DNA of 64,000 nucleotides. It comes from Hypanus sabinus. Lineage: Eukaryota. Below are positions 37,779 to 49,059 of the stretch, piece by piece (the stretch's first letter is position 1; each line of letters begins with the position of its first letter). Position numbers and translations under genes: made by a program. The DNA lies in the NCBI RefSeq assembly GCF_030144855.1, contig NC_082731.1, positions 28,458,001-28,522,000 of the forward strand. The letters run 5' to 3'. The notes beneath the pieces were generated by a model. It had not been told where the DNA came from. It was given only the letters and a program-made list of their open reading frames with translations, and did no database searches.

Positions 37779-39549
37779 AAGGGTGTCAGGGAAGAGAAAT
37801 ATGTGCAGTCACAATTACGACAGAGAAAGTACTCAGGAAGCTGAATAGTCTAAGGGTAGATAAATCTCCTCAACCAGGTGGAATGCACTCTCGTGTTCTG
37901 AAGGAAGTAGCAGTGGAGATTGCAGAGGCACTCGCAATGATCTTTCAAAAGTCGATAGATTCTGGCCTGGTTCCGGAGGACTGGAAGATGGCAAATGTAA
38001 CTCCGCTATTTAAGAAGGGGGCAAAGAAGCAAAAAGGAAATTATAGACCTGTTAGCTTGACAGCGGTGGTTGGGAGGTTGTTGGAGTCGATTGTCAAGGA
38101 TGAGGTTACGGAGTAGCTGGAGACATACGACAACATAGGCAGAACTCAGCATGGTTTCCTTAAAGGAAAATCCTGCCTGACAAACCTAGTGCAATTTTTT
38201 GAGGAAATTACAAGTAGGCTAGACAAGGCAGATATAGTGGATGTTGTGTATTTGGATTTTCAGAAGCCCTTTGACAAGATGCCGCACATGAGGCTGCTAA
38301 ACAAGATAAGAGCCCATGGAATTACAGGAAAGTTACAAACGTGGATAGACCATTGGTTGATTGGTAGGAAACAGAGAGTGGGAATGAAGGGATCCCATTC
38401 TGGTTGGCTACCGGTTACCAGTGGTGTTCCGCAGGGGTCCGTGTTGGGGCCGCTTCTTTATACATTGTATGTCAACGATTTGGATTATGGAATAGATGGC
38501 TTTGTGTTAAGTTTGCTGATGAATCAAATATAGGTGGAGGGGCCGGTATTGCTGAGGAAACAGAGAGTCTGCAGAGAGCCTGAGATAGATTGAGGGAATG
38601 GGCAAAGAAGTGGCAAATGAATTACAATGTTGGAAAGTGTACGGTCATGCACATTGGTAGAAGAAATAAATGGGCAGACTATTATTTAAATGGGGAGAGA
38701 ATTCAAAGTTTTGAGATGCAACGGGACTTGGGAGTTCTCATGCAGGATGCCCTTAAGGATAACCTCCAGGTTGAGTTGGTGGTGAAGAAGGCTAATGCAA
38801 TGTTGGCATTCATTTCTAGAGGAATAGAGTACAGGAGCATGGATGTGATGTTGAGGCTCTATAAGGCACCATTAAGACCTCACTTGGAATACTGTGTGCA
38901 GTTTTGGGCTCCTTATTTAAGAAAGGATGTGCTGACGTGGGAGAGGGTTCAGAGAAGATTCACTAGAATGATTCCGGGAATGAGAGGGTTAACATATGAG
39001 GAACGTTTGACCGCTCTTCAACTGTTCTCCTTGGAGTTTAGAAGAATGAGGGGGGACCTCATAGAATTATTTCGAATGTTGAAAGGCAAACAGAGCGGAT
39101 GTGTCAAAGTTGTTTCCCATTGTGGGGGAGTCTAGTATGAGAGGACATGAATTGAGGATTACAGGGCGCCCACTCAGAATGGAGATGCGAAAAAAATTTT
39201 TTAGCCAGAGGGTGGTGAATCTGTGGAATTTGTTGCCACGGGCGGCAGTGGAGGCCGGGTCATTGGGTGTATTTAATGCAGAGATTGAAAGGTATCTGAG
39301 AAGTCAGGGCATCAAAGGTTATGGTGAGAAGCGGAGGGGAATGGGACTAAAGGGGAAATTGGATCAGCTCATAATGAAATGGCGGAGTAGACTCGATGGG
39401 CCAAATGGCCGACTTCTGCTCCTTTGTCTTTTGGTCTTATGGGATGCAATACCCACTTGTACTTGTAGGCAGGTGAAGTCACTGCAGTGATGAGGGAACT
39501 AAGATGGGATGAATGGCTTCCCTCAGTATTATCAACTCCAGACACTTCA

Positions 39550-40095
39550 TTTTCTCATTGTCTTTGTTTTTAATTAATACAGTTTCAAATCATGAAATAA
39601 ACTCCAGTGGAATAATGCAAGAAGTGCTACAGGCAATGACCTCCGTAACGTCTGATTTACAAAATATGACAGAACAAGACACTGACCCCACCCTCCACCA
39701 CAATCACCCCCCCACATCAATTTCTTGCTCCTTAACAATAATATCCATTTCCTCACCTCCCTCTTCTCCTTCACTCATAAAGCTCCCATCCCCTGTTTCC
39801 CATTCCCAAGGCTTAATGCTGCCTTCCTCTCCCCTCCTTTATACCCCCTCCAGTGTCACATTATCCTGCCATTTTCCCAATGTATCATCCACTGTTGTCC
39901 CTCCACCCACCTAACCGGCTCCGTGCCCCCATTTTCCATCTGGCATCCCAGGAGCATCTAGAGGTTTATATTCTGAAATGAGCAGTTGCAGTGCAGTAGC
40001 CTCGGATTGCCGAGTGAGTGAGATGGAGACTCCATTTCCAAACATCGCAGCCAGACGGGGATTTCTTGTCTGAGTGTGGGGCGTGTGTCTGCTGG
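39550..40095 (-). other. Probable 3'UTR of the membrane Ig transcript, with ATTAAA signal at 39569-39574
   Basis: Non-repeat sequence following the putative TM2 stop; ATTAAA poly(A) variant on the minus strand. Confidence 0.45.
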
Positions 40096-40107
40096 TCACT
40101 GCTGAAC
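40096..40107 (-). CDS. Probable Ig heavy-chain TM2 (cytoplasmic tail) coding segment, VQQ*
   Basis: Acceptor catactctcctgtctatatttcag|GTT CAG CAG TGA is phase 0, matching the phase-0 donor of TM1. It lies in an island I could not assign to any repeat. Assignment is inferred; no transcript evidence. Confidence 0.6.
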   Translation of the reverse strand, partial: VQQ

Positions 40108-40384
40108 CTGAAATATAGACAGGAGAGTATGATATTGTGTGTGACAAGGTGCAGCATAGACCTTAACCTGTGAGGACATGTGAACAAAATAACAGACGGT
40201 CTGTCCTCATTGCAGGAGATGTAATCCCATGAAGAGATGTCTGTCATTATTCTCTGAGGTCACTCCAAAACAAAAATATGAATACCAGTTCAGACCTTTA
40301 GGGTGATCCACCGTTGGGCTAATGTTTCATTTCCTGAGTAAAACCATAAGATAAGATATAGGAGCAGAATTATGCTATTTGGGC

Positions 40385-41258
40385 AATGCAGTTGCTGTAC
40401 CACTTAGACAAATTGGAAGAATGGGCAAAAAGTGGCAGATGAATTACAATCTTGGGAAATGTATGATAATTCATTTTAGCAAAAGGAGCAATAGTGCAGA
40501 CTATTATCGAAATGGGAAGAAGGTTCAAACATCAGAGGTGCAAAGTGACTTAGGAGTCCTTGTGTGAGTCTCACAGAAGGTTAATTTACAGGTCGAGTCT
40601 GTGGTGAAGAAAGCAAATGGAAAGTTAGCATTTATTTCAAGGGGAATAGAGTATAAAAGCAAGGGGATAGTGTTGAGGCTTCGTAAGACACTAATCAGGC
40701 CACACTTAGGATACTGTCATCAGTTTTGAGCCCAATATCTCAGAAAGAATGTGTTTTCATTGGAGAGAGTCCAGAGGAGATTCATGAGGATGAGTCCAGC
40801 AATGAAGGGGTTAATGTATAAGAAGCATATGGCAGCTTTGGGCGTGCAGTCACTGGAATTTAGAAGAATGTGGGGCAATCTTATTGAAACCTACCGAATG
40901 TTGAAAAGAATAGATAGGATGGATGTGGAGTCGATGTTTCCTCTGGTGGGGGTATCTGGAACAAGAGAGTACAGCCTCAAAATTGAGGGGCAATCTTTTA
41001 GAACAAAGGTAAGGAACAATTTTTTTAGCCTGAGAATGCTGAACCTGTGGAATGCTCTGCCACAAACTGCAGTGGAGGCTAAATCGTGGATATATTTAAG
41101 GTGGAAATGAATAGTTTCCTAATCGATCAGGGCATCAAAGAATATGCTGAGAAGGCAGGTGTATGGGATTGAGTGGAGTCCGGGATCAACCATGATAGAA
41201 TGGCAGGACAGCATTGATGGGCTGAATGGCCTAATACTGCTCCTGTCTCACGGTCTTA
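40385..41258 (+). mobile_element. CR1 LINE 3' fragment
   Basis: MGKKWQMNYNLGKC, LERVQRRFMRM, NNFFSLRMLNLWNALP; tail at about 41250. Confidence 0.88.
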
Positions 41259-41264
41259 CTTCTG

Positions 41265-42815
41265 ATGTGGTCTTGCCAGAGAAAAGGTTAATACTTCTTT
41301 GTTCCTGTCTAATGCCCTTGTAAGTTGCCCTGTGTCAATTTAAATCTCTTCCACAAGGACCATACCTATCCTTGTCGACAGCTATCCTGAAAGTTAACCA
41401 GTTGTGGTCACGATTCCCGAACTGTTCACCCATTGAAAGGTCAGTCACCCGGCCAGGCTCATTCCCCAAAACCAGGTACAGTATGGTCCCTCCTTTCACT
41501 GGACTGTCACACATTGATTTAAGAAACCTGCTTAACAGATTCAAAACCATCTGACCCCTTACACTCAGAAGCTCCCAGTTTATATTAGGGAAGCTGAAAT
41601 CCCCCATGACAGCAACCCTATTATTATTACACTTCTCCTTGATCTGATTACATATCTGCTCCTCAATTTCCCAGTGGCTATCAGGGGGTCTGTAGTACAA
41701 TCCCATCAGTGGGATTGCACCCTGTCTATTCCTGAGTTTCACCCAAATGGACTCAGTTTCTGACTCCTCCATTATGTCTTCTCTGAGTGCAGCTGTGATA
41801 TTGTCCCTGATAAAGAGTGCACCCCCCCCCCCACCCCACCACCCTTACCTACTCCTCTATCTTTTCTAGAACTCCAAACACCTGGCACATTAATCACCCA
41901 TTCCTGCCTGCCGCTCTGTCAACTAAGTTTCACTAATGGCTACAACACCGTAGTTTCATGTACTGATCCATCACCCTTACCCATAATACTCCCAGCGTTA
42001 AAATAGACACACCTCAAACTATCCGACCCATCCTACCCGTCATTTCAATTTTGCCTTTCCATACCTTCTCTGATGTCTAACTTCTGGTCAGATCCATTCC
42101 CTGCTGACCTGGGACTCTGGTTCTCAGCCCCCTACAAAACTAGTTTAAACTCTCCCAGATAGCATCAGTAAACCTCACAGCCAGGATACTGGCTCCTCTC
42201 CAGTTCAAGTGCAAACCAGCCCAATCTATCTGCATATTGAAATTCCCGATGACTCTTTTAGCACTGCACTGTTGACTTGCATTTTCTATCTCTCATTGTA
42301 ACTTGTAGACCACATCTTTGCTACTGTTCGGAGGTCTGTATATAACTCCCATCAAGGACTTTACCCTTACTGTTTCTTAGCTCTACCCACAAAAATTTTA
42401 CACTTTCCAATCCTTTGTCACTTCTTCCTAATAATTTGATTTAATTTTTTCCCAACACAGCTGCACCATGTCCTCTGCCTACCTCCCTATCCTTTCAATA
42501 CAATGTGTATCATTGCGCATCACCCAAATTTTCATCACCCTTTTCGATTTTGTCCCCGTTTTACATTTCAACTTATCCCATTGACTGCAATTTTGCCCTA
42601 TTATCAGCCTTTGCTTACTAGCAGACTCACTACACACTGCCTCTGTTGTTAAACCAACGACTGGAAGCTCAGCCCTATCACTCCATTTCCCATCCCCTGT
42701 CAAATTAGTTCAAACCCTCCTGAACAGCTCCAGCAAAGCTGCCCACAAAGATATGTATCTTCCTTGGATTCACGTGCAACCTGTGAATATTCTTCCACCT
42801 TTTCCTTATCAAGAC
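41265..42815 (-). mobile_element. Two joined CR1 fragments (APE/ORF1 end of two families)
   Basis: SIWVKLRNRQG...YYRPPDS...MGDFSFPNINW (41335-41772); GLHLN ORF1 ends at about 42200 and 42770. Confidence 0.8.
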
Positions 42816-42959
42816 CCAGACGACCCAACATATTGATGCAGCTTCAGAGAAGGCACAAAAGCTGCTATATTTCTTTAGGAGCTTGAGGAGATTTGGTGTG
42901 TCACCGTGGAGAGCAGTCTCACTGCACACTGCCTCTGTTTGTAAACCAACGACAGAATA

Positions 42960-44600
42960 TTATTACTATCATGATAAATGATATATTTTCCAATAGAAAT
43001 ACTAGTATTGGAATATCTTTATTTGTGGATGATGGAGCTATGTGAAAAAGGGATGGGAATGTGCAATTTATAACACGGAAACTTCAAGAATCATAGGTTA
43101 AGGTGGAAGATTGGGCATTAAAATGGGAATTCAGATTTTCAGCAGAGAAATCCAAAATAATGTTTTACACTAGGAAGAATACAGAACAACACTTGAAACT
43201 AAAACTTTATGGTACGGAATTAGAAGGGGTGGATACATTTACATTTTTAGGAATTTGGTTTGATAAAAGACTCACATGGTCAACACATATTAAAGAAATA
43301 ATAACCAAAAGTAAGGAAGTGCTAAATGTTATGAGGTGTTCAACTGGAAAGGAATGGGGAGCTGATAGGAATCCCTTGAAAGCAATATACACAGGATTAA
43401 TAAGATCAATACTGGACTATGGAAATATGGTATATGGATCAGCATCACATTGTGTGCTCAATAAACTGGGTATAATTCTAAGTCAAGCATTAAGGTTAAT
43501 CAATGGGGTAATAAAGACAAAACCAGTGGAGGCAATGCAGGTGGAGTTGGGAGAGACACCTCTGGTACTGAGAAGAGCTCAGCTTGTGTTAGCATATTGG
43601 CCTGGAGAAAATCATCCAACTCAACAGCTTTTAGATCCATGCTGGGAAAAGGAAAGAAGGAAATTCAGAAGTTTTGCATGGACTATTGAAGGAAAAGCAG
43701 GAAGGACAAGAATTAGTAATAAGGCAGTGAATGATACAGTGTCTTTTACTGGGCTGCCTCCATGACTCTGTAAAGCACCAGAGGTGGATCGTAAATTATT
43801 CAAAAAGAGACAGCAAAATAGAGAAGTGATTTTAAATTAAGATATAGTAGAAGCCCATGTAAATAATGATCATTATGTACGTATATTTACAAATGCAAAC
43901 AAATGCTTCAAAAATTGCAATGGTAGATTAGTGTAGGATTGGTAGTGCCTGATTTGAACATGAAAAAGCAGGTGAGGAAAAATGATAATTTCTCAGTGCA
44001 TACAGGGGAAATGACAGCTGGACTATTCACATTGCAGTAGGTGGAGGAGGTAAGACCGATGAGAGTTGTAATATTGTCTGATTCAAGGACAACAATCAGG
44101 ACTCAAAAAGATTTACATTTTGAGGCAAGATGAGACTTTGTAAGTAAGGTAATACAAACCTTATTTCGACCACATAATAATGTCCAGAAAGAAATGGGAT
44201 AGTTGAGGAATGCAGGAAAGAGCAGGAGGTGATAACATCAAGATTGAGGTTTGGGCACAGATTTAAAGTACATTATTTTTCATGAAGAAACACAATACAG
44301 GGAGTTGTGAATATTGTAATCAACAAGACATAATCAAGAGAGGGGTTGATTGATCTTAGAGTTATCACAGAATAAAATTAAATTTAAAATTAACAGCATT
44401 TTGCAGAAAGGACTGCGGGATTATTGCATTAAATAAATAGTGCAGTTCCTTAAGAACACAGGACTTTTTATAAATTTGATACAAATATAAATATGGGGTC
44501 AAATTTAAAAATGTGTGTCATGATATGATGACCCCCACGCTGGTTCTGTAGTACCGATAATGCACCTTAAAGCTTTTGCCAACTGCTATAAAAACCTCAG
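42960..44600 (+). mobile_element. I-superfamily (Nimb-like) LINE fragment: RT C-terminus plus RNase H-like domain
   Basis: SLFVDDG, FLGIWFDKRLTWSTHI, EWGADR, LIRSILDYG, QALRL; degenerate RNase H (RIFT..., VILSDS) at about 43880-44090; 3' end near 44600. Confidence 0.78.
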
Positions 44601-45034
44601 AACATTATCAACTAGTGAAAAGCCCAGATGGGGTTGATGTGGAGGGGATGTTTGCGAGAGCGTCGGGATGTAAGTATACACAGGCTATTCCCGCTATAGG
44701 CTGTTTGCCGAGGGAAGACAGAGAAGGGAAACACCAGAGAAAAAGTCAGGCAGACACAGTAAACCAGACCTCCCACTTATCTGTTTCTGTCCTTGCTGCC
44801 ATCGGTTAAAAGGCCCGTCTCACATCTGGCTAGAGAAATGCAGACCATCTACCTCTATTGGTTGAAGGTCTGCAGGTTCCCACTCTCCCTTTTTATCTCC
44901 ATTGGTTTGCACGCAGATCCAACATATGGCTTGCCTTACCAGTGTTCATGTTTTTTAAAGTTAGGGGTTGAATCACATGAAAATTTTTCAGAAAGGTTCA
45001 GTTCCTCAGCACAGAGTCATCCTGCAAATTAACC

Positions 45035-45578
45035 ATGAGGGAATCCTCAGAATTTTGTATTTTTTGTCCATTTAGAAAAGAGTCAACCGTTTCATTTCTT
45101 CTACCAAAGTGCATAACCATACACTTTCCAACATTGTATTCCATCTACCTCATCTTTGCCCAATCTCCTAATCTATTTAACTGTTTCTGTATCATCTCTA
45201 CTTCCTCAAAACTACCTGCCCCTCGATATATAATATAATCAGTGTGTCCACCATTTTCTTGTCCCCAATTATTACCTCTCCAGCATTGTTTTCCAGTTGT
45301 CCTATACCCACTCTTGCCTCTCTTTTACACTTTATGTATCTGAAGCAACATTTGGTGTTCTCTTTAATATTGTTGAGTAGCCTCTTTAGTATTCCATCTT
45401 ATTCCTCTTACTGACCTTTTTAGTTGCCTTCTGTTGGTTTTAAATGCTTCTCAATCCTCTAACTTCCCACCAATGTGAGCTCAATTATATGCCCTCTCTC
45501 TGGCTGTTATGTTGCTTTTGACTTCCCTTGTTCACCATGGTTGCATCATCTTGCCTTTTGAACATTTCTTCCTTCTCA
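45035..45578 (-). mobile_element. CR1 ORF2 fragments
   Basis: Degenerate RT/tether sequence (WQMEYNVGKCMVMHFGRRN-like on the minus strand). Confidence 0.7.
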
Positions 45579-45579
45579 A

Positions 45580-47156
45580 ATCCCCGTCTGAATCATCAGT
45601 GAGGCATTACGGAGGGTTATTTCCCTCTTGGAAATAGACTTTCAGGTTCAGCGTAAAGGAGTCTTTTTCCTTCCTTCAGAACTGGTGGCTGGATTTCATA
45701 AGTTTGGCTGCAAGTTCCCCAGACTGTTCAGATATTTCCTTGGTCCTCGGCTGAACTAGGGGACTTGACTAGAGAGTGTTGGGACTTGCAGAGCATTGAC
45801 TGAAGAAGGCTTGTTCATCCTTGAGGACAGTATCGAGAAGGTCTCAGGTTACCTCACACTGAAGGCTGCCCTCTTATTGGTTGTTGGTCATGGGAGAGTC
45901 TGAGTCTCAGAACACCATGGCACAAACAAACCCTGTTATGATGACTGGAGAAAGCAATGATTTTCCCCTCCCTCCAGTCCACAGCCTGGGACATTCGGCC
46001 CACCAGTGACATACTTCCCCACAGTAAAAGCAGCGATCTTGACTCTGACACTGGGACCTATCATCAGCAGAGAGTCCTGTACAACCGACCTGAATGAGTT
46101 TGACTGGATCTTGAGTAGTGATGGGCTGCTCATGGTCCAAGGTTGGGGGGGGGGGGGTGAAACTGATGCGTAGGGACTAGAATTGCACCGACCTCACTTT
46201 GATTTCCTGAAGTGGTCCCACTTTCACTCTGCCACACGATTATTGAGATGGATGCACTGATCACTGAAAGCTTCTAAGTTCTCAGCTGGCTCTCCCAAGG
46301 TGAGGTGTCCTTCAGTTCATTTGTGGCAGTAGAACATGGCCACAGCCTCCCTATTCCAATCACTCTCCTGGGCTAAGATCCAAAATTCAACTGCATTGTT
46401 GGCCGTGGACCGTAGCCCGTGTTGAATCTTCATCAACTGATCTGAGGCTCGCTGGCTCTGGTGAGGTGATCAAACATCTTCCTCCTAGCAGCCATGAATT
46501 CCTCAAAATCCCAGCAGATCTCTGACCTATGTTCCCAATGCGCTGTGGCCCAAGGTAGAGCTCTTCCGGTCCGGAGAGAGATAATGAAGGCCACCTTTCC
46601 TTGATCTGAAGGGAACTGGGAACAGCTGTTGTTCAAACATGAATGAGCATCGGGTGAAGGGCCACAGCAAGAACCCAAGTCACTGTCAAATCTCTCTGGG
46701 GTTGAATGATGTGCTGGCTCTCCCGAGCGACCTTGGCTTCCTCCTTGTGAAAGTTGTTGAATGGCGACCTGGAGTTCGTGAATCTCTGGGCCTTGTCTGG
46801 TAATCCTCGTCACCACAGAAGACAAAAGATTTTGATATCCCACTGGGTCCATGTTGGCTCAATTGTAATGTTACAAGAGTCCTTGATGAGGATGATTTGG
46901 ACCCAGTTGCCGGGGTAAATGAAGCAAGGTTCTAAATGTGGTATCAAACTAGATCTGAACACAAAACAAATGCTGGATGATATCACCAGTTGGCTCACGA
47001 TTGAGCACCAAACCTTTGTTCAACTGTTCCTTAAGTACTCAATTCGTGGTGCTCATACACGATTATCAATTAGCAGGACCATCATGAACCCTTAAAGGGG
47101 CCATGACAGATATCCGTTCCCTCGGAAACTGGTGCAGTTTGGAGTGTCTTGTAACA
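45580..47156 (-). mobile_element. Sushi/PEG10-type Gypsy: 5' LTR, gag and CCHC knuckle; pol deleted; same family as 1-2480
   Basis: LTR 46869-47156 with 10-bp terminal inverted repeat TGTTACAAGA/TCTTGTAACA. Gag MDPVG...KVAFIISLRTGRALPWATAHW; CFYCGEVCHWWAEC; DWREGKII shared with 2285. Confidence 0.87.
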
Positions 47157-47750
47157 AAGACTTCTGGATGTCCACATTTGCAGTTGAGAGTGCCATGGAC
47201 ACGATCTGTGACATCCCTGTTCCTGGCAGCAGAGATGAAACATACTATCTGTGTGTCTCTATCAAGCCCACAGAACCTCGTCCCTGTTCTTCTGAGAAAG
47301 GAATCTCCTATCATCACTGCATACTCTTAACCTCTCTCCTCTTCTGAGCCACATCACCAGACTCAGGGCCAGAGACCCAGTCATTCTGGATCCCCCTGGT
47401 AGGTCGTTTCCTCTCTGTTGTATCTAAAGTTAAATATTATTGAGCGGAACAGCCACAGGTGTTCTCTGCACTGGTTGTGCATTTGCCCTCCTTTTCCTGA
47501 CAGTCACCCAGCTACCTGTCTCCTGAAGCCTTGGGGTAACTACCTCCCTGTAGCTCCTGTCTATCACCTCCTCAGTCTCCTGTAAGAGTCAAAGCTCATC
47601 GAGTTGCAGCTTCAGTTCCTTAATACATTCTCTCAGTTGCTGCAACTCGGTGCACCTGGTACAGATGTGTTCACCTGGGAGACTGGAGTCTTCCAGACTT
47701 CCCACATCACACACAGAGTGAAAAACACTGCCCCTGGAGCCACTCACTAA
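47157..47750 (-). mobile_element. CR1 ORF1 5' fragment
   Basis: ICTRCTELQQLRECIKELKLQLDEL; MIGDSFLRRT...RDVTDRVH. Confidence 0.85.
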
Positions 47751-47947
47751 ATTACTTTGCCATAATAGATGAGGAATGAAGAAATGAGAACAGAAAGGGA
47801 GAAACCTTATGGTCTTATGGAGGGTGGTGCAGGGATGAAATGGAGGAAATTCATGAGACATAATCTCCCACACACAGAGCCTTGCTGACTAATCCTAATC
47901 AACCCCAGTTGATTTGAAATAGCTCTTAACCCTCAGAACTTCTCCAT

Positions 47948-49050
47948 TAAGACAATAAGTTATAGCAGTAGAATTAGGCCATTTTGCCCCATCAAGTCTG
48001 CTTCACCATTTCATCATGGCTGATCCATTTTCCCTCTCATCCCCAATCTCCTGCCTTCTCCCTGTACACCTTCATGCCCTGAGTAATCAAGAATCTATCA
48101 TCCTCTGCCTTGAATATACCTAAAGAATTGGCTTCCACAGCTGCATGTGACAGCAAATTCCACAGGTTCATCACTCTCTGCTGAAAAAAGTTTGTCCTCA
48201 TCTCCTTTCTAAAAAAGGCCCCTCAATTTTGATGCTGTGCTCTCTGGTCATAGACTCTTCCACCATAAGAAGCTTCCTCAACTCTGCCTGCCCCTCCACC
48301 TATCTTTCTATCATTTGCAACCCTGCCATACAAGCCATCAATTCCATTATCCAAATTATTGATATTTTACATGAAGAGATGTTGTCGCATATAGTCACTG
48401 GTCACTGGCAGCTAACCAGAAAAGGCTCCCTTTATTCCTAATCTTTGCCTCCTGACAATCAGCCAGCATTCTAACCACCCCAGTATCTTTCCTGTAGTAT
48501 AATGGGTTCTAAGGCAACACCACAAAATGCTGGTTGAGCTTAGCAGGCCTGGCAGCATCTGTGTAAAAGAGTCAACAGTCCATGTTTCAGACTTGATGAA
48601 GGGTCTTGGCCCGAAACATCTTTTGTTTACTCTTTTCCATAGATACTGTCTGGCATCATCTGGCCTGTAGAATATTTCTTCTTTAGGATAGATCTATTTT
48701 GTGCATTCCAATTTTCTCCCAGAATCTCCAGCTATTGCTTATCTGCCATCATCCCTGCTGGTATCCCCTTCCAATCAATTCTGGCCAGCTCCTCTCAATG
48801 CCTCTGAAATTCCCTTTACTCCACAGTAATACTGATAAGTATGACTTTAGCTCACCTTCTCAAAATAATTGCAGGGTGGATTCTATCATATTATGATCAC
48901 TGGCTCCTAAGAGTTCCTTTAATTTTAACTCCGATTCATTGCACAACCTCAAATCCAGAATAGCTAATTGCCTAGTGGGCTCAAACACCAGCTGCTCTAA
49001 AAAAGAAATCTAGTAGACATTCTACAAATTCATTCCCTTGGGATCCGGCA
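47948..49050 (-). mobile_element. CR1 fragments (3' tail, RT, APE end)
   Basis: Tail homologous to 24261-24500; internal deletions. Confidence 0.75.
48505..48660. mobile_element. Short fold-back repeat with a degenerate hammerhead-ribozyme-like core (possibly Penelope-like derived)
   Basis: Inverted arms AAAAGAGTCAACA / TGTTTACTCTTTT; core TTGATGA-A-GGGT(CTTG)GCCC-GAAAC-ATC at 48593-48620. Confidence 0.55.
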
Positions 49051-49059
49051 CCAAAACGA

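Larger units (their letters stand above)
25587..39440 (+). mobile_element. CR1 LINE, 5'-truncated within ORF1 and split by two L1 insertions (CR1 parts 25587-26501, 36169-37175, 37779-39440)
   Basis: Esterase (CLPGARVRDV, VHVGTNDIG, DGLHLN); APE (FINARSIRNK); resumes after the TSD with LWVELRNRRGK, YRPPNS; RT QHGF, GVPQGSVLGP; TCTTTTGGTCTTATG tail at about 39427-39441. Confidence 0.92.

Noticed and set aside
40345-40385. Inverted CR1 tail abutting a plus-strand CR1, suggesting twin priming
   Set aside because: Only about 40 bp and no TSD; equally explained by an older truncated copy.
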